64,000 nucleotides of DNA from Eledone cirrhosa (taxonomy: Eukaryota). Position 1 is the stretch's first letter. Each line of letters begins with the position of its first letter. The stretch is from assembly GCA_964016885.1 (NCBI GenBank), contig OZ024751.1, positions 38,130,001 to 38,194,000 on the forward strand, written 5' to 3'. The notes beneath the pieces were generated by a model that made no database searches, was not told the DNA's origin, and saw only the letters and a list, made by a program, of their open reading frames with translations. Shown piece by piece: positions 18,716 to 32,361 of the stretch. The position numbers and the translations under genes are program-made.

Positions 18716-18767
18716 TGTCTGTTGCTACCTCGAGTTTCGCGTAGTGCCGCTGATCATGCAGCAGACA
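18716..18767 (-). ncRNA. Decayed hammerhead-like motif (family G)
   Basis: Reverse complement tgtctgctgc-ATGATCA-gcg gcacta cgc-GAAA-ctcgagg-TA-gcaacagaca; three stems present but two core substitutions; between (TA)n tracts. Confidence 0.55.
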
Positions 18768-18817
18768 ACAGAGAATAACATACGATATTCTCAATATTCT
18801 ATATTTGCAAACACAAA

Positions 18818-18875
<58 letters not shown>

Positions 18876-18878
18876 TAT

Positions 18879-19184
18879 AACAGATTAAAGTTTAAGCAAA
18901 TAATTGCTGCTTTCACCCTTAACGGGATCTTCTGAAACCAGAAAGAAATCAATCTGTGGACGCAGAAGTAAATATTTCGAAAAACGTTGCAACCGAAGAA
19001 AAACAGGAAGACGATACTTTGGTTCGTGAAGACGTTCCCTGGCAATGAACGGAAAAAAGCGAGGATAGTTACGTCATTATGTGGAGCGTGAAGAACAATT
19101 TTACGCAAAGGCAAAAACACGTTTATGCTATAAATCCTTATCGAGCCAACTCCGGATTTTAGTCTTGACCTTTATTATTATTAC
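18879..19184. mobile_element. Family E element: antisense arm with CAGAAGA-core hammerhead-like motif (18881-18956) plus a shared terminus at the right end
   Basis: Same architecture as 49090-49304; terminus ccttatcgagcc...ttagtctt...attattattac also occurs at 57196-57518; (TA)n flanks. Confidence 0.7.
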
Positions 19185-19204
19185 TATATATATATATATT
19201 TATA

Positions 19205-19345
19205 TGAACCTGGCTGGTCTCGCTTAGGGATCGAGCCGGCGGATCAGTTGGTGAATGGGGGCTTCAGACAGAACACACGGGAAGGTGTGTTTGAGGATTT
19301 TACCACCACAACCCTATCAGAAATACGTTGGCGGAGAAGAAAAAG
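19205..19345 (+). mobile_element. RTE-clade LINE 3'-end fragment (diverged)
   Basis: Aligns by eye with the reverse complement of 36305-36425 (ggtctcgctt.ggat...gaggtt/gtgtttgagga...ggagaagaa). Confidence 0.55.
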
Positions 19346-19654
19346 ATCAGTGATGTTGACTGAAGTGTTTGTTTTATAAATATTCAGACATCTAACTACC
19401 CCATATTTTGAATGATAATATCACAGTGATGTTCGTTGTAGGCGTATATTATTATTATTAAATCTAACAGTGTAGTACACAAAATATTAACTATATTTCT
19501 GTTGGATTATAAAGAAATAAAAGTTATGATAGAAATATCTATTGAGGATTACATATTTCATGATAGTTTGCATTCTCTGAATATTGTGAATCAATGAAAC
19601 ATAAACAATAATAACAATAATAATAATAATAATAATAACAATAACAATACTAAT

Positions 19655-19970
19655 ACACACGAGAGTGAGGGAGAAAATTAACCGATACCAGGACTTAAAG
19701 TGGGAGGTAAAAAGGATTTGGAACTGCCATGAAGTCAAAGTGGTCCCGATTGTCATAGGTGCACTAGGTACTATATCAAAGAGATTCCAGGGTTGGTTAA
19801 AGAAAATTGGTCGCGCCCCGCTTTTTGGAACACTTCAAAAGGCATACTTGCTGGGAACAGCAAGAACCCTCCGATACGTCCTGAATATCTGAGGCTGCAG
19901 GTAGTGGCTTGATATTCATTTCAACAAACTTTCCAGTTAAATAACATCAATGACTGAGACTCAAAGAACA
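19655..19970 (+). mobile_element. R4/Dong-like non-LTR retrotransposon 3' fragment (restriction-like endonuclease C-terminus and 3' UTR)
   Basis: ORF 19665-19892 EKINRYQDLKWEVKRIW...VVPIVIGALG...LQKAYLLGTARTLRYVL is typical of R4/Dong C-termini; (TAA)n on both sides. Confidence 0.75.
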
Positions 19971-20428
19971 TAATAATAATAATAATAATAATCTATATAA
20001 ATACATCACAAGTCTAAACACTTAAAGATACATGTATGTGTGTATGTGTGTTATTTCTTGAACACGGCGGACCTTGTCGTCTCTTGAGGTCACTAGTTGT
20101 GACTTGGTGATAACTCGTATGAACATAAAGCAAGATAAATGAAACAACAACAATACTAATAATATTAATAATAATGAATATATAAATAGAATAAATGAAT
20201 AAATAGACAACACGTAACAACATCCTACACAATTTATATTTTTGTAACGGTAATGCTAAAAGCTCTTCTCCAGTTTCAGATTTTTGCTTACGGCTTTTTA
20301 GTTTCGAATTTTCAATTGTTAATACGTAACTTAAGAAAATTGGAGATTGAAATATCAAGGAAAAATAATTTGAGAGGAATTCAAGAAAATAGGAGGAATA
20401 TCTATTGTAATGGTTGTATAAATATAAT

Positions 20429-20596
20429 TGTTTCTACTATTGGCACAAGGCCAGCAATTACCCAGTACATTACTGGTACTTTATTTTATTGACCCCGTAA
20501 GGATGAAAGGCAAAGTTAACCTCAACGGGATTTGAACTCAGAATGGCAAGGGCCGTAACTCTATGCGTCAAAGCATGGCGTCCAACCCTCTACCAA
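20429..20596 (-). mobile_element. tRNA-derived SINE with 21-bp TSD
   Basis: Reverse complement of the SINE at 57531; taatggttgtataaatataat at 20408-20428 and 20597-20617. Confidence 0.85.
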
Positions 20597-20971
20597 TAAT
20601 GGTTGTATAAATATAATGTTTAATGTTTCTTGTATTTAAGTCAATCTGTCTTTTTTTGCCACCACTAAACCCTATAAATACTTCATATTAGAAGATATTT
20701 GCTTTGGCACAACGTAACAACATGGTCAGTATATAAACAGCTTCGTAGAGCTTTACAGTCATAATCCAGTCAAATTAAACGGGTTTCTAACGAAATGACA
20801 ATACAAACGCTCTTGCGCTTCGCTAGAAGCTATATATTATGTGACTTATCCCCAATGTAAATTAGCTTTAAATTCCTAAATATAATGAGAACGACGGGAT
20901 TTCCATTGACTTTGATGATTAACATACAGTTGTTCTATCAACTGAACGTCTGACTCTTAAATTAACCTGTA

Positions 20972-21166
20972 CGAGGCTAGGCTAAAATGTTCATAAGCTC
21001 ACTATGAAGGTTATGCTAGTGCTGTGAAATCTTGCATGTATTAATTTCAAATCTTCTTATTAATAACTGCATTGTTACTTTCCATGGATTGTTGGAAATG
21101 AAACCACATTTCGTCTTTCTATGAGAGTGTTTTTTGTCAGCTTAGGAAATTTTCAGCCGACCCTTG
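20972..21166. mobile_element. Tc1/mariner-like MITE
   Basis: Imperfect ~28-bp TIRs cgaggctaggctaaaatgttcataagct / agcttaggaaattttcagccgacccttg with TA on both sides. Confidence 0.65.
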
Positions 21167-22606
21167 TAAATGGTTGAGTATTCCGTAGACACGTTGTACC
21201 AATCATGTAATTCCCAATACGAATCAGTTTAGGAGAAAATGTTACCGTTTAACCAAATTCATTCATGAGGTTTGTGTGAACCAGAGGCTATGACAAAGTC
21301 ACTTGCGCTTGAATTTACCACCCAGCTATATAATATCCACAGATGACATTCTGCGTTGAATATTATTGAAAATTCAGTTCCTAGAAGCCGAGGGAATTTA
21401 CATAAAAGGATATCTAAAATCAATATTTGCCAGTATATATTATCAGACATGTGCAAAGGTTTATAGTAAAGCAGCACTGGAAATCCCTTGAGCTAGATAA
21501 TCAGAGTATTCATGAAAGGAAATCAACCACAACGGGGCATATGCTTCATTCTGGCCACAACACCGATATTCTAAACAATTCATAGAAAAAAAATTGAAAT
21601 AAAACATGAAACAATGAACAAGACGAGAGCGTATGAGAACCAAAATGGAGGAAAATATGAAATCACTAAAACATAACGAAAATATACGACGCTGTGGTAT
21701 TACAGCATTTTGAATTTATGAGAGAATTGTTAATATATAGATATCGAATATTGTACAATTTCCACTTTTCTAATCATATTCAGATTAAAAAAGAGTAGGG
21801 GAAATCACTTTTTCTGCATTTAAATCAAAGATATTTTATTTTTTTCTATTCTATCATAATTCCACACCATTTTAGACCTAACATAGCACCATGATCTTTC
21901 ATACATGAAGATAATTCTGGAGTGTCTGTAGAGAATAAAAAAAAAAAAGAAATAACATATGTTTCTCTCAGATCTATATATTTCTGCTATTACTGAGAAA
22001 TATATCTGCTGGAAAATATCGAATTTTTCCCCCACTCTTCGTCTCACTAATGTTGCCATTGCGTATGTCTATCTTTCTATTCGTTTTTTTTTAACATCTC
22101 CGCCATGATAATGCAGATATTAAAATAAACGGCGATAAGGGAATTGTTTTAAAATCTAAGGGTTTTGGTTATTACAAAAGTAATCTTAAAATTAAAACAT
22201 TAGTCTCTAGCCCAATGTGAAATAGTTATATGTATGTATGTTAGTCTGTTAGAGATATTACATATGGATATATACAAAAAGCCAAGTTGGCAGAAATGGT
22301 AATGCGAAGAAATAATTGGTTTAAATGTATTATTTCCAACGTTTAATATATGAGATTTAAAAAATCACATCCGATTTGAAGTTGACTTTTATCTCTAACA
22401 AGTGGATGAAATAATCACAAATAATGTAATGAGAAGGATTAAAGTATAAAGTATTGAATATTTTCTCTATTTCAACGAAATAAATATACATATATTAGAA
22501 ACATGGCAATATATTTAATGTATTTATATTCACATGAACTTTAACACGTTTACAAGTAGACTGCACACATATCTTTATATGTGTATACATATGCATATAT
22601 ATAAGC

Positions 22607-22668
<62 letters not shown>

Positions 22669-23227
22669 GTCATCTGTGAATCATTTTAGATTCGGAGGCT
22701 AAACAGAACTAATCTTCCCATTGTATTAATTGTATCTAAAGGAATATATGTACACCAACCCCTGGCTACGGTGTCCCTGCTATATCTTTGTAGTTGTGAT
22801 GTATATATATATATATATAACTACGTGAGTATTATATATATATATATATGTGAGTGTGTGTGTGTATAAACATAAATACACACATTTTGTTGTATATAGA
22901 ACAAATTATATATATATATATATATATTAGCTATATGTCCATATGTAACAAAATATGCTTATTTCATTTAATGCAATACTAGAAACGCCTGAGTAAGCTT
23001 CGACGCAAAAGCAAGAAATAATATACAATTTGTTTAAGCCATGGAGTATAAAATTTATTCATTAATTTCGTAAATTGGAAGAGAAAACTTCTGAGAACAC
23101 ATGAGTATCCATAATAGCAACGAGGTGGGTTAGAATTTCAATTGAAAACAACAGAACCAACAACAAATACAATGTTTAACTTGTCTAGGTTTTTGAAATC
23201 GAAGTAGTATTGATTGCGTCATTTATA

Positions 23228-23275
<48 letters not shown>

Positions 23276-23324
23276 CTATATATGTGTTTGCGAGTGAACA
23301 TGTATATACTTACATATACATGCG

Positions 23325-23384
<60 letters not shown>

Positions 23385-23964
23385 TATTTATATATTCACA
23401 TATATACCTAGACGTATATTGTTATATATGTATATATATGTATATATATTTATATATATATATATACATAAAGGAACAAATTGTGTCTGTGTGTGTCAGC
23501 GTGTGTATATACAGTCAATCATAAACCTTAGTGTATACGTGCTTACATAAACATACTTGTGATCTGAGGACAGTGATTCAATGATTCTCTATGTAATGTT
23601 TACTTAGTCTGTTATGAGTGATCAATGTAAATTTCTGTGTTCTCTGGTTGATTCAGCCATATACCAACACGAAGTAGAACATAAACAAATATACAACTTT
23701 CAGTAATTGAACAACACTAATGTTTAGTAAAGATACCAATATAGATAAGACAAACTAATGGTTATAACACTGAGAAGCAAGGAGGTTGCTTCTGTGCTCG
23801 ATAACTTTGCTAGATATATCAGTCAAATACCCCGGAAACCACCTTCTACTTCACTTAATGAATAACATTTAAAAGGAAGAAACCAACATTAAACCGACCT
23901 GTGCTGTCCTTAATCTATTTTTTACGTAAACCCATTGTGTTCTATAAAGGAAACATTATCATTA

Positions 23965-24134
23965 GTGGATTGGCAGGACCGTAACGCTTTGCAGCATAGA
24001 GTTACGGCCCTTGCCATTCTGAGTTCAAATCCGCCGAGGTTAACTTTGTCTTTCATCCTTACGGGGTCGATACAATAAAGTACCAGTAATGTACTGAGGT
24101 AATTGCTGGCCTTGTGCCAAAAGTAGAAACAATT
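23965..24134 (+). mobile_element. tRNA-derived SINE
   Basis: A-box-like tggcaggaccgt, B-box gagttcaaatcc, core tttcatccttacggggtcgata; attatcatta flanks both ends. Confidence 0.85.
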
Positions 24135-24144
24135 ATTATCATTA

Positions 24145-24400
24145 TTAGTAGCAGTAGTAGTGGTAGTAGTAGTAGTAGTAGTAGCAGTAGTAATAGTAGT
24201 AGTAGTAGTAGTAGTAGCAGTAGTAGTATTAGTAGCAGTAGCAGTAGTAGTAGTAGTAGCAGTAGTAGTAGTGGCGGTGGTGGTGGTGGTAGTAGCAGTG
24301 GCGGTGGTGGTAGTAGTAGTAGCAGTAGTAGTAGTGGCGGCGGTGGTGGTGGTGGTGGTGGTAGTGGTAGTAGTAGTAGTAGTAGTAGCAGTAGTAGTGG
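24145..24400. repeat. (AGT/GGT/AGC)n trinucleotide repeat
   Basis: Directly visible; gives a poly-Ser/Gly pseudo-ORF. Confidence 0.9.
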
Positions 24401-24772
24401 TGTTTTGTCTTCTATTTATATGTTCGGTATTCTAAAGTGTGTTGGACACCATGACTGCTGTGTCAGAAGTGATTTAGCATCATCCTTCTACACAGCAGCA
24501 ACATCATTATCATACTCATCATCATCATCATCATCATCACTTCTACCGTCATCATTACCATCACCAGCATCATCATCATTACCAACATAACTTCGCCTAC
24601 CTCTACCACCAACTTAGTCTCTATCACAACAAACATGATCAGCATTGTGAACAAAACAAAACGAAGAAAATACGACGTTAACAAACCAACGTGACTGTCA
24701 TTTGATCTCCCTTGACTGTGACTTGCTCTCTCTCTCTCTCTCTCTCTCTATGCCCCCCCCTCTCTCTCTCTG

Positions 24773-24846
<74 letters not shown>

Positions 24847-25204
24847 TAGAGAGAGAGAGACTGAGTTGGCGAGAGACATAGACACTGAATTTGATAGGTG
24901 CTACTTTTAATCTCTATGTCTGGAGCCAGCTTTCTAAATTGTTGATGTATCGTTGGAATAATTGTACAGAGTTGTCTTGGGAATAGTGGCAATGGATAGC
25001 GGCTTTGTCTTTGTCATTTACGTAAGAAATGTCTCTATTTGGTTGTATTCGGTAATGACCGTGTAGATAGGCAGATATAGGTTACACAACCGACAGCATT
25101 TCTCCTTTAGTGTTTACTTGTTTTGCGACATTTTATTTGTACGTTTGGCCAAGAGAGAGTTGGTTGTTTAACCGGCGTGTTTATGGATATATGCACAGGC
25201 ACAC

Positions 25205-25269
<65 letters not shown>

Positions 25270-26034
25270 TAGAGAGAGAGAGGGGGGGGGGGTGAGAGAG
25301 AGAGTATGAACAGCTTGCATTACCAATTACCAAACTGTTTCGAGGCCACAAATAGTACTTGTACTTTTAGAAACTAAAGGAAATTAAGTAAAACTTGAAA
25401 TTAAGAATCCGATGGACTTATATATCACACTGATTCCTCTTTTCTACAGAGAGAGAGAGAGAGAGAGAGGGCGAGAGAGAGTGTGAGAGTGAGACAGAGA
25501 CTCAGAGAGAGAGAAGGAAAGAGAGAGAGTTTGCTTGCGATGACAAAAATATAGAAAGCTGCCATCTTCCTTGGACAATATCGATAGCGTGGTAAAGTGA
25601 GAGTGCACGAGGGTGTGACCAGTGGTCCTCTACAAGACAAAACAAGAACAACAAAAACAGAAAGAACTTTCCATGTGTAGACACGCTGTCTCAAATGCTC
25701 CAAGTATAATCATTCTCCCAATCTCATGATTAGAGAGTTAGATATAACACAAATTGTTGTTCAATATGATCTTATATATTAAACAAGTCGGTGGCATAAT
25801 CTTTTACATTTCATGCTAAGTAGCGCTAATAGTTGCATCAATTATATACAACGCTCCAAAACGTGTGGGTTTGTGCCTAGGACAGAAAATCATAAGTGTT
25901 AAAGAAACGAATGAAGTAATAGGAACAGCTATTTCAGGATAGAGAAAAATAAAATAATAAAATGATATTCAATATAGTCAACGTATATATATATGTATAT
26001 ATATATATATATGAATATATATATATATATATAT

Positions 26035-26426
26035 AACGAAGGAAATGTGGTAAGGAACCAGGTGGACCATAACGCACCAAAGTACTCAATACTTAGGGTA
26101 GTAGAGTGGGTAATAGGAACGAGTAGGACCCCGACGGCTGAGCTCAAGGCGTTTCGACGGCTAATTCTGGACTCAGAATTAGCCGTCGAAACGGCTTGAG
26201 CTCACCCGTCGGGGTCCTACTCGTTCCTATATATAAGGAAAAGTATGACCCCGACGACAGAGCTCAAGCCGTTTCGACGGCTATTTCTGGACAGAAATAG
26301 CCATCGAAACGGCTTGAGCTCTGCCGTCAGGGTCATACTTTTCCTTATTTCCCACTCTACTACCCTAAGTATTGAGTACTCTGGTGCGTTATGGTTCATC
26401 TGGTTCCTTACCACAATTCCTTTGTT
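26035..26426. mobile_element. Two adjacent family A inverted-repeat elements (26035-26228 and 26236-26426) of different subtypes
   Basis: Each has its own fold-back junction near ...ttctggac...; separated by atatata; long arms point outwards. Confidence 0.8.
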
Positions 26427-26708
26427 ATATATATATATATATATATATTGAATATAGTCAATATATATAATCAGTCACAGTTCTTTCAGTAATTTCTTAC
26501 TGACATTATTGATAGTTCCCTAAATTGTTGGTTAGATACCAGGCTATCTTATTACGTTTCGATCATTCGAGGACAAAAAAATACACAAATAAAAAAAAGA
26601 TTAAATAAAATACATAGATATATATCTGTCATATAGTTGTTACTAAATACAGATATATATTACATACATTTATAAGCATACCTAACTCGACTTACTCATA
26701 TGAATGAA

Positions 26709-26781
<73 letters not shown>

Positions 26782-26783
<2 letters not shown>

Positions 26784-26984
26784 CGAAGGAAATGTGGTAA
26801 GGAACCAGGTGGACCATAACGCACCAAAGTACTCAATACTTGAGGTAGTAGAGTGGGTAATAGGAACCAGTAAGACCCCGACAGCTGAGCTCAAGCCGTT
26901 TCGACGGCTAATTCTGGACTAGAATAGCCGTCCAGAATTAGCCGTCGAAACGGCTTGAGCTCAGCTGCCGGGGTCTTACTGGTT

Positions 26985-27044
<60 letters not shown>

Positions 27045-27100
27045 CCAGAATTAGCAGTCGAAACGGCTTGAGCTCAGCCGTCGGGGTCCTACTCGTTCCT
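26782..27100. mobile_element. Family A inverted-repeat element (26782-26987) plus a separate short arm (27043-27100)
   Basis: The junction preserves the whole hairpin gacggctaattctggactagaatagccgtc. Confidence 0.8.
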
Positions 27101-27624
27101 ATATATATATATATATATATGTGTGCGTATACATTTTGTTTTCCTATATATATTGAGTGTTTATAAGTATTATTTCTACACATGAAATTATTGTTGATGT
27201 ACTGCATATATTATGTGCATATATTCTCGTCTGTACTCATGTGTATACCTATGATTCTATGTTCATAATATATATATATGTAGTACAAATCTGCCCTGTA
27301 TTCAGTACCTTCTTTAAATGTGGCTACTCCCCGACTCAACTCGGGAATCTACATATTATACATTTGTACTTATGTGTGCGTATGTTTTGTTTTGTAAAAC
27401 TGTACATACGAAAAACTAGCACCGATGACAATACGTAAAATGATGCATCAGTGACAGAGACGTGGGAACTTCCTTCATCATCTGCCATCTACAAGGACAT
27501 AGTGCTTTTGAAATCCAAATGGTCTCATCAGGTGTTTCCTAGTTACCAAAGTGGTTATAAATAAATAACAAGATGGGAAAGATTGAATGAATGTGGGGCA
27601 ACAACAAATACTTTATTATTTATC

Positions 27625-27801
27625 GTGAATCGGTACACGGTTGGACGCCATGCTTTGCAGCATAGAGTTACGCCCCTTTATGATCCGAGTTCAAATCCCG
27701 CCGAGGTTAACTTTGCCTTTCATCCTTACAGGGTCGATAAAATAAAGTACCAGTAATACACTAGGATAATTGCTGATCTTGTGCCAAAAGTAGAAACAAT
27801 T
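27625..27801 (+). mobile_element. tRNA-derived SINE
   Basis: B-box gagttcaaatccc, conserved core, tail gtgccaaaagtagaaacaatt. Confidence 0.85.
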
Positions 27802-28378
27802 GTTTATATTGAGTTAAATTTCAACAAGAAAACTTAGGATGAAATTGCATTTTTTGATAGACTATTCTTTTATTTTAAGACCTTAGATATGATTAGAAGG
27901 AACTTTAGCTGCTATTTTTAACAGGTCATTTTGGCAGTGTATATACGTGCTTCCACGTTTGCTCGTTGAAAGACCAGCTGATATTTTTGCTGGTGTTGAA
28001 TGTAGATATCTATTTTGGGAGACAATACTTCGTTTCCGCGATTTTCTCAACAAAACTACACAGGATAATGTTGTCTTTAAAATGACTTGGACTCGTAAGC
28101 AGAAATAAACGCATTTAATAGATCTATGTGTGAGCTCTTATCGATAGGTCTATTCATGCGCATGGCTAATCATGTTATTTATGTTTCTAAATCAACGATC
28201 AGATATTTCCGCACAGGAATCTCAAATTTCTTCTAAAGTTCGCACGAAAGACCAGACTAGACCAAACCAAACCACAGCGGCTTAACAAAAACAATAGAAA
28301 TTTAGGATGTCGCAAGAAAACATACACAGACACACAAAACAGAGAGAGAGAGAGAGAGAGTGAGAGAGAGAGAGAGAA

Positions 28379-28467
<89 letters not shown>

Positions 28468-28992
28468 AACAAAACAGAATGTAAAAACTCAAATAAAAAG
28501 AAAATGACAAAATGTAATATAATAGATTCGATTATGAAAGTAAAGAACAACAGCAGCGATAAAAACAGCAAATTTCTAAAGTGATTGTTTTTCAATAGGT
28601 TATATCAGGTTGTGTCATTATATTACGGTGATGAGCAACAACAAAAAAAGTAATAAATAAATGAATAAAAATGAAAAAAAAAAAAAATCTGAAAAGAAAA
28701 CAAAATATAGAAGCAAAGCTGAGATGCGAAGCTAGCAGCAAAATAAGGCATATCCTTTACTGTATAATTACACAGCACAACCTTTCGTCTCTTTCTCTGT
28801 CTATTTCACATACACTCTTTCTCTCTCATGTATGCATATATATATATATATATACACATATATATATATACACACATATATATATATACACACACATATA
28901 TATATATGTACACACAAACATGCACACATATATATTATATATATATATATATATACATATATGCTGCACATACACTCTTTTTCTCTCATGTA

Positions 28993-29034
<42 letters not shown>

Positions 29035-29100
29035 TATATATACACACACATATATATACACACACAAACATGCACACACACATATATATATATATACATA

Positions 29101-29151
<51 letters not shown>

Positions 29152-29355
29152 GCACATATATGCTGCACATATACAATCCCTCTATTTTCTTTCTCATATA
29201 TTTCCTTTCAATCTGTTCCTCTTTCTCTCTACTTCTCTTCCTGTATCTGTCTATCTATTTATCTCTCACTCCCACACACATCCTCTTTATCATGACTTAC
29301 CATCTATATCTCCCCCTCTCCCCCTCTCTCTATATATCATTATATGTCTCTCTAG

Positions 29356-29546
29356 GGGCGGTGGATTGGCAGTATCGGTAGAGGGTCGGGCGCCATGCTT
29401 TGAAGCATAGAGTTACCCCCCTTTATGATCTGATTTCAAATCCCGCCGATGTTAACTTTGCCTTTCATCCTTACGGGGTCGATAACATAAAGTACCAGTA
29501 ATGCACTGGGATAATTGCTGGCCTGGTGCCAAAAGTAGAAACAATT
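29356..29546 (+). mobile_element. tRNA-derived SINE, full length
   Basis: gggcggtggattggcagtatcggtaga head through gtagaaacaatt tail. Confidence 0.85.
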
Positions 29547-29710
29547 ATATCTCTATATATCTATGTATGCACCCCCTCACTGTATCTCATTCAATTCAGA
29601 GTGCATTAATTACTAGTTTCCTTACTAAATGTTACCATAGCTTAATTCGTTCTTATCTCACCCCTGAAACAACATTCCAACACAGTTTTCTTATATTTCT
29701 ATTTTCTCCT

Positions 29711-30020
29711 CACATCACATCTCGTCACATCACATCACATCACATCTCGTCACATCACATCACATCTTGTCACATCACATCACGTCACATCACATCTCGT
29801 TACATCACATCACATCTCGCCACATCACATCACATCTCGTCACATTATATTACATATTGTCACATCAAATCACATCTCGTCACATCCATCACATCACATC
29901 TCGTCACATCACAGCACATCACATCACATCTCGTCACATCGCATCACATCACATCCCGCCACATCACACCACATCACATCACATCACATCACATCACGCC
30001 ACATATCATCACATCTCGTC
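29711..30020. repeat. (CACAT)n pentanucleotide repeat with CTCGT variant units
   Basis: Directly visible; gives HITS-repeat pseudo-ORFs. Confidence 0.9.
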
Positions 30021-30393
30021 TACAAAACTCAAAATGTTCATTCAAATATTAATTATGTCTCCCCCTCTTCCATTTTTTCTTCTTTTCGTTTCTTCTCGTC
30101 TTGCCTTCATCTTGTCCTTTCTTGTCGTCATCTTGTCTTGTACTTTTCCAACTTCTCTTCTGTCTTCTCCCCCTCTTTCCTCCTGGTCTTCTCTATGCAC
30201 TTCTCCGACCCCCCAACACTCCTCCTGTCACGCCTCTCGCTCTTATTTTTCTTGCAGTTCTCCACTGTTCCTCCTTGCTCTTTTAATAGTTAGTTTTCTC
30301 TCTCTTCTACCATTTAGTCTTTTAGCAACTGTTACCCCCTTCCTCTCTTCCTTTCATTTTTCTCCTGTCGTCATGTTTTCCCCCACAATGTAT

Positions 30394-30520
30394 CTTGCCA
30401 TTCTGAGTTCAAATCCCGCCGAGGTTAACTTTGCCTTTCATCCTTACGGGGTCGATAAAATAAAGTACCAGTAATGCACTGGGATAATTTGGTGGTCTTG
30501 TGCCAAAAGTAGAAGCAATT
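30394..30520 (+). mobile_element. 5'-truncated tRNA-derived SINE
   Basis: B-box, core and tail match the other copies. Confidence 0.85.
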
Positions 30521-30852
30521 ATTTCTAATTTATTATTAATCCTTATATTATTTATTTTATTTCATTTTGGGATTTCTTGACCCTGGAGGGAGAGGTTTTA
30601 TATCTCTTCTCACTTTGATTCTTGCGTTTTTTGCCTTTTTTTTTTCGAGTGTGCTTATCTGTCGGTTTCTCAGCAGCACTTCACACATAACACAGCATGC
30701 TGAACTCTGTGTAATGTAATGAAATGTAATGTAATACATTTTGTTTTTCTTGACTTCAAATGTCGCATGTTATCTTTCTATTACATAGCAGAGACATTTC
30801 ACGTGTATATATATATATGTATATATATACATAAATATATACATATACATAA

Positions 30853-30944
<92 letters not shown>

Positions 30945-31305
30945 GTGTCTGTGTGTGTATATATATATATATGTGTGTGCGTGTGTCTGTGTATGTGTGA
31001 TTATGTGTGTGTTTATATGAGGGGTGTAATCATTTATCCTTCAATAAATCATTTATATTCTTGCACTCGCTGACTGTCTTCAGTCATGTTAATTTGGTTT
31101 TGTTTTTATTTTTCAATGATATGTATACACACGAACGACACGTAAACCCTTGAGCACACAGACCCACACACATTCACCCAGAGAGAGGCAACGGGAGAAC
31201 GAGATGAGGAGAGATAGAGAGAGAGGCAGAGAGATAGAGAGAGCTAGAGAGGGCCAGAGAAGGGAAAAGGGTGAGAGAGAGGGAGAGAGGGCCAGAGAAA
31301 GGAAA

Positions 31306-31406
<101 letters not shown>

Positions 31407-31633
31407 TCCTTTGACTTTACAAATGTTTTGAAACTGATAGATTAATATTAGTTTGGAAAGTTACGTATTGCCGCAGTACTATAATTAAAATGTGTGGTTC
31501 TATTTTCTTGTTTGGATGGCCATTTTAATCTTTAGATTACGATTATGTAATTATATATACTTATAGCCGATACTTACACACAGCTATATATATATATATA
31601 CATAAATATATATAGCTGTGTGTACGTGGCTGT

Positions 31634-31666
<33 letters not shown>

Positions 31667-31721
31667 CTGTGTGTACGTGTCTGTTGTGTATATATATATG
31701 TAGAGAGAGAGAGAGAGAGAG

Positions 31722-31920
31722 AGAATGGTGATGTACTTACATATAAACAAATGAGAATTACTGAGAGAGAGCTAGAGAGGGAGAGAGAGGGGAGAGAGAG
31801 GGGGAGAGAGAGAGAGAGAGGGAGAGAGAGGAGAGAGAGAGAGAGAGAGAGGGAATGGTGATGTACTTACATATAAACAAATGAGAATTACTGAGAGAGA
31901 GCTAGAGAGGGAGAGAGAGG
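31722..31920. repeat. Local tandem duplication (~131-bp period) bounded by (GA)n
   Basis: gaatggtgatgtacttacatataaacaaatgagaattactgagagagagctagagagg occurs at ~31722 and ~31853. Confidence 0.85.
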
Positions 31921-32361
31921 GGAGGGAGAGAGAGGGGAGAGAGAGAGGGATAGAGATGGGAGAGAGAGAGGGGGAGGGAGAGAGAGAGATGAGTGTTTGT
32001 TATCATGTTTATAAGCATTTAGAATCTAAACAGAATCAATTGCGTAAACTCTGGGTTGCGAACTTAAAAAGTAAATGAGTTAATTAATTTGAATACATGT
32101 CAGCTATACTTTAGTTCAAGTAAAGCTCCAAGATCAGTAGGTTATTGAGATTGAATAACTTAATCTTTGTTATCAGCAACATATAATGATATAGTAACCT
32201 GCTAAATTGTTCGAGATGATTCATTTGTCAGCAAATGTATTCCGGAACATGTACTGACTAAATGCCCTCTTTGCAGATTATGGTTGAATTCACTATTGTA
32301 TCTGACAATTACGTAAAGAAATATTACATATAAACATTGATGGTAATAATAGTGATAATAC

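Noticed and set aside
24114-24590. Ser/Gly-rich 158-aa ORF
   Set aside because: Starts inside a SINE tail and runs through trinucleotide repeats.
25555-25575. YY1-like motif AAGATGGCAGC on the minus strand as a promoter mark
   Set aside because: Single short motif with no other support.
27495-27540. Minus-strand CTGATGA with possible decayed hammerhead
   Set aside because: The GAAA box reads AAAA and stem I is out of register; cannot be supported.
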